Source: Dicyema japonicum (Eukaryota; Animalia; Dicyemida). Taken from it: a stretch of DNA of 64,000 nucleotides. This document shows positions 51,600 to 63,202 of this stretch, piece after piece. A program made the translations under genes and the position numbers. The DNA is taken from the NCBI GenBank assembly GCA_011109175.1, contig RDEW01000016.1, forward strand, positions 71,743-135,742. Reading direction: 5' to 3'. The notes beneath the pieces are model-generated. The model searched no databases and had not been told where the DNA came from. It saw only the letters and a list, made by a program, of their open reading frames with translations. Each line of letters opens with the position of its first letter. Positions within the stretch are counted from its first letter, which is position 1.

Positions 51600-52705
51600 T
51601 AAATAATCGTTAAATAAAAATAACCTAAAAGTTTTTATCCTTTTTTTATTTCTAGCATGACATTTTGTAATTTATCCATAATAAGTATATTTGAAGGTGA
51701 ATTTTGTAGAATAAACTTTTCCATGGTCTCAATTGCACACATTGCATCAGAGAAACTAATTTTCTCTATATCTTCATCATTTTTATTTTCTTGATCTTTA
51801 TCTTCCCAAGACTCAATTGTACCCAAAAATTCGTCATCATTGTTACTGCAAATTTTATAGGTACAATTTTCATTTTCATTATCATCTGAAACCGGAGAGT
51901 CCTCCTTAATAGTAGAGTCATCATTTTTCTGTTTTGCCCAATTGTTAAATGCCTTTTCAAAGCAATTCCTCACTGTCGTTCTTGAAATATCATCCCACGC
52001 TTCAATAATCAATGGTATTGCATCAACTAGTTTGAATCTTCTGATTTTAGTATCTTCTCTTTAATTGTATCTTCTCTTTCAGTTAACGTAATATTCCTCA
52101 TCAAAAGGTTGAGATCATAAGATGACATTTTCGATTAAAAAAAGTCAGCATGGCTTCATATAAAATTATAGGATTGACTAATTGTTCGTCTCCTGATGTA
52201 GTATGAGATTTTATTCCAAATTTATTCTTAAAAAAATTAGTCCATGTACTTGAAGCTTTAAAATTTGGAAATGAACATTTTTGTGAAATTTTTATTGCTA
52301 TTTGTTGTAGCATTCCATTTGTATCGCCGAATGATCTTTTATTCTGAATCCATTCATAAAGCGGCATGTGAATTAAGGAAAACTTCGAAGAAATTTTGTA
52401 AGAATTTTTATTTTCAAAATTGGATTCATTATTGCTTAGGATTTTGTTTATTGTTCCTATTGGCATGTTGAATATTTTACTCAATTGAATTTGCGTAATA
52501 TTTTATTTTTTTATATTGAAAAACTTCGAGCTTTCTTTGAAAACTATATGTTTTTCGATTGTTTTTTGCAATTTTCTTACGTGCACACATCAGTCAAAAT
52601 TCAAAAAATTGTTTTCGTTAATAATATTTTCGTTAAAAATTGATTTTCTTAGGATTTTTAGTAATTTATAAAAAAAATTTTCGTTAAGTTAAAAAACGTA
52701 CTGTA
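51600..52705 (-). mobile_element. Internally deleted Tigger/pogo (CENP-B-like) transposon
   Basis: CENP-B HTH (LYEWIQNKRS...FKASSTW..FKNKFGI) and IIEAWDDISRTTVRNCFEKA. Terminal ...cgtactg|ta at 52703. Confidence 0.8.
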
Positions 52706-52719
52706 ATTCCATTCGACAT

Positions 52720-53040
52720 TGATCCTGCCATATAAAAATGGAAATATGAGACCTATCGTGTAAAAACCTGTGGACATCAAAATTTATACTTCTTGCTGAG
52801 GAATTAGCAGAATTAGAAAAGAAAAATATTCCTCGATTTGAGAAAAAAATATATTGCAAAAAAGTGCTTGATAAACCAGAACCATTATTTTATGACTTGG
52901 CTTAGTATTCCGGATTCACATCATCAATTGAAAAATTTAGCATTTGGTGTCCTCACGATATTCGGGTCTACTTATTGTGCGAGCAAGCGTCTTCACATGA
53001 ATTTGATCAAATCAAATTAAGGAGTCAAATTAATGATGAA
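52720..53040 (+). mobile_element. hAT transposase C-terminal fragment
   Basis: WLSIPDSHHQLKNLAFGVLTIFGSTYC. Confidence 0.7.
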
Positions 53041-53064
53041 AATTTGTAATCTTGTCAAGTTAAA

Positions 53065-53473
53065 ATGACTCTTTGCTTAGTAGGTTGCTGACCCCTGTGA
53101 TAGGGTATCCCGACTACCTTCAACTACGTCATTGCCCACGTTTTCCCGCCGCCAGATATGGTATTCTAATAATGTAGCATAAGCTGCTGACTCTAAAACA
53201 AATAGCTCTTGTGAAGGCTTACATCATTTTTAAAAATAGCAAAGCAGTCCAGCTTCTGCATTCAATTAGTTATTAACTCTTAATTTATTTTATTTATTTA
53301 CCCCTCAGTTCCTTCCAGTGAAAGAAACCTGTGGCTAAAGAGAACGTCATTGCCAAGAACGGACACTCCAGAGATCCGTCAGGTGTATTTAGCGGTGTTC
53401 AGAACTATTAGGGAGACCCGGACGAGAGAAGAGGTGGCTTGTATACCTCTTAATTTGATTAATTTTTATTCAT
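53065..53473 (+). CDS. Small spliced gene of unknown function (gene A; 3' end uncertain)
   Basis: Introns of ~24, 23 and 39 nt give MTLCLGIPTTFNYVIAHVFPPPDMLLTLKQIALVKAYIIF...NLWLKRTSLPRTDTPEIRQVYLAVFRT. The frame is largely mirrored in the 25.3-25.6 kb copy. Confidence 0.45.
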
Positions 53474-53529
53474 AATATTTTTGTAAATAAATTTATTTTT
53501 AAAAATGATAGTATGATTATTGTTGATGT

Positions 53530-54010
53530 GGACGTTATTTAGCTATTTCAGTATTCCTCCGTTTTGAATTCATCAGCGATGTAAATACGGCGATGAATTT
53601 CCATTACCCACACATTTCAAAAAGAAATCATTATTTTAATAATTACCATAACTTTACACACTTAATTATCAACTAGAATAGCCACGTGATCTAATAATAA
53701 CAGTTATTTTTATTGTAACCATAATTGTGTATGTTGTAATACAAAAAAGCACAAAACTTCATTACTCCTTGGAGAAATGAAGAGGACAAACGAGATGTTG
53801 ACACTATGCTTAAACTTTAACTAATTTGATACAATCACACGTGGACTAGATACTGCCGGTTCACTTGGAATATTGAAAGTTTGTATAATGGAGACGGAAA
53901 TAGACCCGAGGGCCTGAGTATCACTCCCCTATTAACGGAAAGATCTCACGTGTGAAACAATCAGTAATTCTGCTATCGAAAAAGCCGATGGCGGCTACGG
54001 CAATGACCAT
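53530..54010 (-). CDS. Small spliced gene of unknown function (gene B; divergent from ELOF1; 3' end uncertain)
   Basis: PSGLFPSPLYKL is identical in the 24.9 kb copy through synonymous changes (ccc/ccg, ggt/gga, tta/cta, ctt/ctg). 20-26 nt GT-AG introns occur at equivalent positions in both copies. Confidence 0.45.
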
Positions 54011-54129
54011 CGGTCTCGGAAATGCCCAAATATGTTGGGAACCGATGCACGAAGATATTAATGTTAATTATTTGTGATATTTTTTATTAATTAATTATTT
54101 AAAATTTAAATATTATAATCTTGGTGTGC

Positions 54130-54432
54130 ATGGCGAAGAAGAAAAAGAGTGCCCGTATTTTTGCGAAGAAACAAATTTTAAAGGCATTGGATAAATATTT
54201 TGACTGCCCTTTTTGTAATCACGAAAAAAGCTGCCACGTGAAACTGTATTTTGATTTATTTACTACGCAGTGATAATGTCCGGAATGTTGGCACAATTAC
54301 CTGCAATGTCTGCAAGGAGAAGTTTCAATGTATCATCAACTGTAACACTGTTTTGAAATATCCCTAGATTTGAGTGAATCCATTGATGTCTACAATGAGT
54401 GGATAGACGCATGTGAAGCGACTAATGTGTGA
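54130..54432 (+). CDS. ELOF1: Transcription elongation factor Elf1
   Basis: Introns of 25 and 26 nt give ...[56 protein letters not shown]. Confidence 0.95.
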
Positions 54433-55639
54433 TTTTTAATTATTGACTTTATGAAAAAATATTAAATAAACTGTTCAGAATAATTACATGTTTTCCCACG
54501 TGTCACCGTTTCCGCCTCAGCTTTCCAACTGAAACATATCCTCTTTCACTGTAGGCTGCACAGGTGGGTTCGCACTGCGTGTATCGATGGACGTGAAACT
54601 CTATACTAATCCCATGTCATCGCGTAAGGAATATATGGACTATGCATTGATGTATTATCCCAATCCGTTTACGAAAAGGAGGTACCTCCGCTTCTTCTCT
54701 ACCGCCACGGTTTGCCAACGTTCATGGTTAGTAATGTCTATGATAAATATTTGTGTATAGTACTTGAGTTCATGTTACATGGGAAAACATCGTTACTTAG
54801 TTAAATGGGGTACTGGAGACAGGTGGAAGTAGGTAAATGCTTCAGAGACCATTGAAAATGTGCGTATAACCAACAAGATTTGTAAGATGTGCTCAATGAT
54901 TCAGCCCTTTTATCGCTTATGCCTCTTTCACGATAGCGATCCAATACGGTTCAGAAGAGGTAATGATCCTCGTTGAGGTTCTCGACCTTTTCCAAAACTG
55001 ATTCTTGGTGTTTTGCCGTCAGTGGAACGTTGGATGGGGACAGCTACCCAAATAGGTTTAGTTCCAGGTGAGGTAACCACCGCTACTCTTGGAAAAACAG
55101 TTTTTCAAGTTTCACAGGGATCACAGTAAATATTTAACCAATTAAATTTGTCCAGTTTCCTTGGTCGCAGAAATAGAAACCTTCCAATGTCACACCCTAG
55201 TCCATCCAAACCAGCGGTGATGGGAGAAAAGATTCAGTCTTTGTAGTTGTGGGCAGCACTCCAATAGTGTGCGGAGAGCCAATGTTTTTTCGTATCACCG
55301 TGGCACTGGGAGCTACCTGAGACAAACGGTTCACATGAACGAGAAAAGATAGGAACTTAAACCATCGACTAAAACCAGAAGGGGAATCAAACCCAAAACT
55401 ATGTTTATAGTTCGAATTTATAGAAACAGCAAAACCTAAAAATGTTAAGTGTTTGTAATAAAATAATTCAGAAAATTCATTTCCTCTTAAAAGTGGCCAT
55501 TGGATAATGAAAAATACCGAAATGAGTTATTCTAGTAACAGATTTATTAAATAACCACGAATTTATCGGAAAGAGGTTGAGAGTTAATTAACACTTAATT
55601 AAAGTACATCCAGTACAAATGGTTGGAGTGATACCTCCT

Positions 55640-58349
55640 TTCAAGTCACAAGGTCGAATCGACCCCCAGGGGTCTAAAATCAATCCAGATCGATCGTAAG
55701 GGGGTCGAAAATGAAATATTTGGAAAATAAATTTAATATATTTAATTTTTTTCATTTTGAATTAAGTTAGTTTATTTTTAAAGTGGTAAACCTTAGTTCT
55801 TTAAAATTTTTAAAATTACCATGCTTGTTTTTGTTCGTATAGTCGTCCTTCTAAATTAAAAATTCGTCAATATAAAAATGAATATTTGGCATTCGTATTT
55901 ATAAAAAAATTCTTTTGATGATAGACCATATTGCTTACTGTGTAACAAGTCATTATCAAATGATGCAATGAAACCGTCCAAATTGTGGATCATCTAAGGA
56001 GGAAACATTCGGATAAAAAAGATAAACCATTAGAGTATTTTGAAGAATTAAATGATTCTTTTCGTAAACAAAAAACTATTGACACTGTTTTTACAAAAAG
56101 TAATGAAAGAAACAATAGTTGTTGTTATTTTAAATTATATTTAGGAGGACTAATTGTATCCTATAAAATTGCAATGATTATTGCCAAAATGAGAGTCCCC
56201 ATGTTTCTGGTGAAAATTTCATCAAACCATCTATATCAGTGATTCTATCAGATCTGGTAGGTCCCGACGAAATTTTAAAATCCGTACCAATTAGCAATGG
56301 TTCAATTCGACGCAGGATTGACGAAATGTCAGATAATGTTGAACATATTTAATGTGAAAGGCTTAAAAATACTATTTTTTCGCTTCAAATTGATGAAAGT
56401 CATATATGTGACAACCAATCAATTCTAATGGGATTTGTCAGGTTAATCTTATTAGAAGGTTACCCTTTAAGATATTTTGACGATCATGCTCTTCTTACAG
56501 AAGATTTATTATTCGTCAAATATTTGGAAACTGATACGACTGGATTTTTTATTTTTTCCGCTGTCAAATTACTTTTAAAAAAAACCCCACTCCTCTTCAA
56601 ACTCTAATGAAGGATGATCGTCGTCTATTCACGACGTCTATTCAAATATATTCAAGAAAGCCGTGGATACTCTGGAGGAACATAAGAAAACCCTCTCGAT
56701 CCTGTTGAGGCGTACCGGGATCACTTAATTAGTTGGTTTACTCATTCTTTCTTGGTGTTCCCTTTTCGGGGTTATTAAATAAATTATTTTTGGATGACTA
56801 GAACATTCCATATGAAAATTTGGTTTCTTGTGCACAGATGGTGCAATGTCTATGGTTGGAAAAAATAAAGGATTTGCGGCATATCTGAAAAAAATATGTC
56901 CAAATGTGATTCATATACATTGCGTTCTACATAGACAACATTTGGTTTCAAAAACTTTCGATAATTCTACATGAAAAGATAAATATAGTTATTAAAACCA
57001 TAAACAAAATTAAAGCAAAGAGCAAGTATGATCGTCTTTTTAGAAAATTTTGTTATGAGACTAAAGAAACATATGCCCGTCTTGTGCTTCACACTGAGGT
57101 TATAGTTTCCAATTTTATTTTATAGGTACGATGGTTATCAAAGGGAAATGTATTAGAACGACTTTCAATATTATTTGACACAATCGTAAATTTTCTTACT
57201 TCTGAGGGTAATAAAAATTTAGCAGATTTAATTTTTTTTCTTTTTTTTAACAAAAAAAATTTTTGTAACAATTAAACAAATGTCAGTTGAGGAAGCCTGC
57301 TGCGTGGATTGCGAACGAGTTCCCTCGGAGTATGGCTATTCCAATCTTTTGTCTTAGCCATAACCCTTCTCGTTGATCCCTTTTCTTTCTGGCAAGCAAT
57401 CCTCCGAGTTCTTGCAAGAATTCAGCCGTCATTGGACCAACGGCTCAAGATTTAATTGTTTCGAAAAAAAGAAATTGTTTATTTGACTTGGATTTTTGGA
57501 AAATTTAATGAAATTTCATTAGAACTTCAGGGAAGGTATGTGACGTTAATAGATCGCAAAAGAATTATTCAAATATTTATCGAAAAAATTAAGTTACATA
57601 AATATAACTTGGAAAAAAGAAATTATTATAACATTTCACTCAATTGGTAAAACATTTAATGAAGATATTAACAACTTTTTGCAACATTTATTAAGTATAG
57701 AAAAAGATTTGATTCTTCGATTCCAAGATATTCTTGAATTAGAAATTCCATCTTGGATGATTAATCCGTTTTTGTCAAAGCCAGAAGAACAAAAAGAAAA
57801 TATTCAAGAGGAATTAATTATGTTAAAATTCAATCCAGAATTAAAACTATTATAGTGATTCATAATCACTGTTATTTTTTGGCAAAATATGAAAGTGAGA
57901 GTTATCCAAAATTGTGGACAGAAATAGAACAATTGCTACTCTATTTTCCGACATCATACTGTGTTGAATGCGGATTTAGCATTCTACATCTAATTGTAAA
58001 TGAAGAACGAAATAGATTGGATGTGTCCATTAGAGGAGATATTCGTTTAAAAATAACACAAATAGAGCCAGATATCGAATCTTTGGTCAAAAAACTCCAG
58101 TCACAGGGATCCCATTGGTATTTAATTCTTTTTTTATTATTGATTTATGCTAAGATACCAACTTAACATCGAATATAAAATTTTTTTGTTCGATTTGATT
58201 ATTAACAACGAATTCATTTTAGATAGTTAACTAATTTTACTTAGAATTGTCTGTTCTAAATAAAAAAGTTTTAAGGGGTCAATTAAATATTAGGGGGGTC
58301 GAAAAAAAAGTCAAGGGGTCGACGAGTAAAAAAAGGTTGAGAACCCCTG
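55640..58349 (+). mobile_element. Decayed Buster-type hAT transposon (ZBED5/SCAND3-like) with an intron-containing transposase
   Basis: BED-region HLRRKH, LQIDES, CTDGA..MVG, HCVLHRQHL, LHTE|VRWLSKG and FPTSYCVECGFS. Right TIR ggttgagaacccctg ends at 58349. Introns at 56118-56144, 56442-56471 and 57099-57125. Confidence 0.9.
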
Positions 58350-58459
58350 CTCTAATACATCCAAATCCATTCTCTAATACACCCTAATCCACTCTCTAAT
58401 ATTCCTTAACTCCTTCTCAAATAGACCCTAATCCATTCTTTAATTCACCCTAATTAATC
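58350..58459. repeat. 22-bp minisatellite, five units
   Basis: ctctaatacaccctaatccact-like units, starting immediately after the hAT TIR. Confidence 0.8.
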
Positions 58460-58470
58460 TGAAAATCGGG

Positions 58471-58645
58471 GACCGATGTCATGGTCTCCCTTTTTTGTCC
58501 CATACTACGTCGAACATGTTTTTGGACGAAATTAAAAAATTTTGTTTTTCCTTTAAAAATCAGAGACCGATGTCAAGGTCTTCCTTTTTTGTCCCATACT
58601 ACGTCGAACATGTTTTTGGACGAAATTAAAAATTTCGTTTTTCTC
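58471..58645. repeat. 94-bp direct repeat, two copies
   Basis: gaccgatgtca...catactacgtcgaacatgtttttggacgaaattaaaaa at 58471 and 58565. Confidence 0.85.
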
Positions 58646-58948
58646 CGAAAAAAGCCGGTAACCATTGAAGATAATGGTCGGAGAAATTGCTGCCGCTGAG
58701 CTAGACTTAATTCCTACTTCTAATAATTCTGTGAACAGACGCATCAAGGATATGGCTGATGACATGGAAAACACTTTGGTTCTGCGAATAAAAAAATCTG
58801 TGTTTTTTGCGCTTCAAGTGGATGAAAGCTCAGATAATATTGGAAGAATGCAACTTTTTGTTTTCTTTCGATATATGAACGATGAATCCATTGTTTAAGA
58901 TTTTCTGGTTCTTTTTCAACACATGCTTCACGAAAAAAGGCTCTAAAT

Positions 58949-60178
58949 CAGTGTTTCTTAACCTTTTTTGAACGGAGACCACTTTAGTCTGTTGAATTTT
59001 TATGGGGACCACATGTAACAGAACAATTCAATAAAAAAAAACGAACAAAATTAAAAATCATAATATTTAAAGTTAGTGTGATTTTTATCCTGCTTTTCAG
59101 AAACTAGCTGTTCAATGTTTGGTACAATGTTGGTAAGTGCCATTCTCATATCCTCTGCACATCAAGTCGGTTGCGAACTTTACTTTTCAGAATAACAAGA
59201 CATTGCCATTTCACATAAATAAGTGGTTGGAAAGGGAATTATCACTTCCAGTGCATTTTTATTTAAGATTGGATATTCCAGAAATTCCATAATCGAAAGC
59301 GAATTAAATGTCAACTTGCAAAACTGCGAATTTCGTAATTCAATCAACTGTTCTTGGAAATCAATTTCTTGCCCGTCGTAAATTAATTTATTGGTTTCCG
59401 GAATAAAAGGGTGTATTTCCAAGTCGCAATTGGTTCAGTAACTGGGAAATAATCTCCAATTTTATTTTCAAGATTTTCGAGATGATCAATAATCAAAGAA
59501 GAAAACTATTTTTCAGGTTCATTATCACCAATCTTATTTTCTACCATCGGAAATATTGAAGCGTTGTAATTTCGTATTTTTCTCCTCCATAGTGACAATT
59601 TTTCTTTAAACGCAGATATTTTTTCCATAGCTTCAATGTTCATGTAGTTTCCCATTATGACGTCGCATATCATACACTGCGCTTTATCGACGTTGTCAGA
59701 TCCAGTATATTGGGTAAATCCATATTGGACATAAGAATCAATCCATTTGCGATTAACCATTATTATTATTATTATTATTACCCCAGGATCACTGGGTCAA
59801 AGAGAAAGAAATAAAAGTTCTCATCTAACTAAGTGATCCCAGACCGACAAAGGTGAGGACGAGTCCGGCGGGGTCGAGAATCCTGAACAGCTCTTCTCAT
59901 AGGACATGGCATCGGCTCACAATTTCTGTATGATTGTAGATAATTCGATAGTATTTGGAATAGAGGGCAGCTCGGTAGAACAGCCTCCTTTAATAGTTTT
60001 CGTTGATTAACCATTACAATCAAATAACAAAAAAACACGTGGATTAAAATTAATTAAATATTCTAATGCGAATAAATAATAAAAATTAAATAATTTTTTT
60101 AGTCATAAAAATTAATTGATCTGAAAATATTTCTGGGGACCACCTAAAATTTTCTGGGGACCACGTTAAGAAACACTG
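58949..60178 (-). mobile_element. Internally deleted Buster hAT, complete with TIRs and TSD
   Basis: TIR cagtgtttcttaac at both ends and perfect TSD ctctaaat (58941-58948 / 60179-60186). The transposase N-terminus is fused to its C-terminus (ORFs 59506-59760 and 59180-59422). A LINE-like (att)n insert lies at ~59760-60030. Confidence 0.92.
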
Positions 60179-60879
60179 CTCTAAATGAATTAATGAAATT
60201 TTTTTTGAATATTAGATCTAAAAATAAAAAATGAACAATGTCGAATTTGCAAATATTATTATAAATTTTTTTAAATAAAATTTTGAATTTTTTACCGGCA
60301 TGTGGGGCTGAGTGATACAGTTGTAATTCGAATATATTCAAAATCAAAAACTACGAACTACCACATTCTGAAATGCAGTCAGTTGCCTTCCATTAGGAGG
60401 TTGGAATCTTCCCGAAAGAAAAGAAATGCCTTAAAAGACATTTGATGACCCTTTTCCATCAGCGTGAGAATACAACATGGGTGTGCGATAAAAGCGGGAG
60501 TCGAACTTATAGTTCTGTCATAAACGGTATGATAAGAGAGTACTTTATTTTTAGGTACGTGGCTTGAAAGCACGACAGTTTTGTTACAAACGTGTATTCG
60601 TTTCATATACAGCGATACAATTAAAAAACGGAACATTCATTTTCTCGAGTTTTTTCTATTGAATGATTATTTTTTTAACAAAAATTGAATTTAAAAAAAA
60701 ACAAACTTAACTTTAGCCTTTTAAAAAAATTAAAACGCCCCATATTTTGGTACGTAATTAAATCCAGTTTTTTCCGAACAAAATAAAAAAGAGAACAAAA
60801 AAATTCTTTATTTTTTCCAAAGTTTTTTGAACCCACTTTTATTTTATTACACGTGTTGTTTCTTGCTACATGGTTCTAC

Positions 60880-61330
60880 AAGTTACATACCAAAAAAAGG
60901 ACAAATTATTGCTTATTATAAAGTTGTAAAGTCACATCGACAAATTCGAAATCTTACCGAAAGATCCCTCAGTGCTATCTCGAGAGTCATTAAAAACTTC
61001 ACCATGAATGATTCCTTCGACAGAAAAAAGGCTCAGGGCGAAGATTTTCCCATAACTCTGATGATCTCGAAATAATTGAAGATGAACAAAAAAGTGATGT
61101 TTATTTCAATTCTGTAAAATGTTCGGAAATTTTTACGTTATGAAGCGGGAACTGTTGTCAGATCACAGACAGTGAGGAACTACCTGAAAGACTGAATATA
61201 TCGACGTTTCAGCCTACGAAAAGGCCATATCTATCGAAAAACCACAAAACGACGAGACTTTCTTAGTGCACAAAGTGGAACATGTTACCAAATGTGTTCT
61301 GGAATTGAGTTATCTTTAATAGATGCGATC
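60880..61330 (+). mobile_element. Tc1-like transposase N-terminal fragment inside the Merlin element
   Basis: KGQIIAYY...RSLSAISRVIK HTH, and RPYLSKNHKTTRLS*CTKW...FWN*VIF. Confidence 0.65.
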
Positions 61331-61621
61331 GTTAGATATTGTCTACCGAACATCACAAGTGACTTATTTTTGTAATAATGACTTTTATTCGCTAAGGGAA
61401 TGATTATAAGCATCTATATGAAGCCCATAACGGTTTCTTCTTAGGTAGGGGGTCGTTAATAGCTCAGTTTTGACTTTGGCGGTATCGTTTTAACACCACT
61501 AAGTCGTAAAGATTTAGCAACTTATTTAAAAAAATTTATAATAATATTTACAAATTCGCATCGTTCAATTTTTTTAATTTTTTCATTAATTCATTTAAAA
61601 AATTCATTAATTCGTTTAGAG

Positions 61622-61859
61622 CAATGGTTCTCAACCTGGGGTCCGCGAGATACTTCTGAACCTTTATTTATCCGAGTATGTTTGTCGACAACCTAGCCTC
61701 AAATTGAAAAAATTGCCTCAAAAAACAACATCAACCTATTCATTAATTTTATTTCCTTTTTTAATAACAAATTGTGTTTTTAGAAAAGTAATAATTTTTT
61801 GACAAAATCTTGCAAAAGTATGTTGGGGGTCCGCGACCAAAAAAGGTTGAGAACCACTG
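61622..61859. mobile_element. Buster-type hAT MITE (238 bp)
   Basis: TIRs caatggttctcaacc / ggttgagaaccactg, with TSD gtttagag (61614-61621) / atttagag (61860-61867). Confidence 0.9.
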
Positions 61860-63202
61860 ATTTAGAGCCTTTTTTCGTGAAGCATGTATTGCAAAAGTAC
61901 CTATTTTCTTTGCTCAAACAGTTGCTCGGAACAACAAAGGGATATGACATTTTCAATATTATAAATTCATATTTTGAGAATATAAAGTTGGATTGGAATG
62001 TATGTGTGGGTATCTGCATTGATGATGCTCCAGCAATGACTGGGCAATTTAAAGGCTTTGTTTCTATTGCGAAAAATAAGAATCTGAACATTATTCACAC
62101 CCATTGTTTCCTTAATCGCAAGGCATTGGTCGCAAAAACTATCGGGAATGAACTTAAATGTACTTTGGACAAAATAATTACATAAAAATGAGGCGGAAAT
62201 TGTGACAGTTCTCGAAACTTCGTGAAAATGTAGAACATTCAGTTTTGATTTTGCACAGTGAAATAAGATGGCTCTTAAAGGGAACCATGTTAATTCGTTT
62301 CTATAAACTAAGACACGAATTGTTGGCTTTTTGTATACAAGAGAAGTTGGATGACTTTATTGAATGCCTCAATGGTGAATGTTGGTGTGCAAATTAGCAT
62401 AGCTGGCCGATATTTTTAATAAACTCAATGTTCTCAATAGCAGCGTGCAAGGAAGAAATGAAAATCTATAGAGTTGGGCGGACAAAATAGCTGCTTTTCT
62501 GAAAAAAACTACGAATATAGAAGCGACAAATCACGAATGGAACCTTGGAAATGTTTCCTTATGTGCATGAAAGAAATTGTTCCACAAATTGTAGACAATT
62601 TGGAGTCACTATTTACATGTACGAATAATTGTTTTCCACCCATATCAGTTGAACTCTATGATTGGGTGAGGAATCCTTTTGCTGAGTACGAGAATCATTA
62701 AAGAAGAAGAATTGCGTTTGGTTCAAGTGACATAACGTTAAATGGAATATTGATTTATTTTGACTGATTGTCAAAAAAATATCCTATTCTGCCAAACAAA
62801 GCTTTAAGAGTTTTGGTTTAGTTTTCAACGACTTATCTCTGTGAAAGTGAATTTTTTGCATTAACAAATAAAAAAGAATAAAAAAGCGCAAATCTACTGT
62901 TTGTGGAAAAAGACCAGCGTTTATCGCTTTCAAGGAGAAGGCCAAATATTACAGAACTATGCAAGAGACATCAGCTTCAACCATCTCACTAACTACCATT
63001 TTACTTTTTTATATTTGTAAAAAACTGATAATTGTTAAAAACTATATAAAGGTTCCGTATAAATGAATAATGTCGATAGGGTTCCGTGCTCTCAAAAAGG
63101 TTGGGAACCACTGCTTTAACAGATCAGTCTGTCTCCACTTAAATTAAAAAATAATAAAAACAATATCTATTAAAATTTAATCAAATATACAATTACATGT
63201 AA

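Larger units (their letters stand above)
58907..61901 (+). mobile_element. Merlin (IS1016-like) DNA transposon, non-autonomous
   Basis: ~140-bp TIRs starting with GG, and a near-perfect 8-bp TSD (gattttct 58899-58906 / tattttct 61902-61909). N-terminal transposase remnant GIFPKEKKC..HLMTL...WVCDK...SVING|TWLES..LLQTCIRFIYS at ~60330-60640. Confidence 0.75.
58650..63113 (+). mobile_element. Second Buster-type hAT, 5'-truncated and split by a 3-kb Merlin insertion
   Basis: ...FALQVDESSD...RYMNDESIV*DFL (58665-58906) continues as KQLLGTTKGYDIF...HTHCFLNRKAL...LHSEIRWL (from 61910). Right TIR ggttgggaaccactg ends at 63113. Confidence 0.88.

Noticed and set aside
54490-55430. Possible LRR/F-box-like gene on the minus strand (LRTLLECCPQLQRLNL)
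   Set aside because: A single short motif with stops nearby. The exon structure could not be reconstructed.
58350-58459. Telomeric repeat (CCCTAA-containing)
   Set aside because: CCCTAA occurs only within a 22-bp unit, not as a hexamer array.
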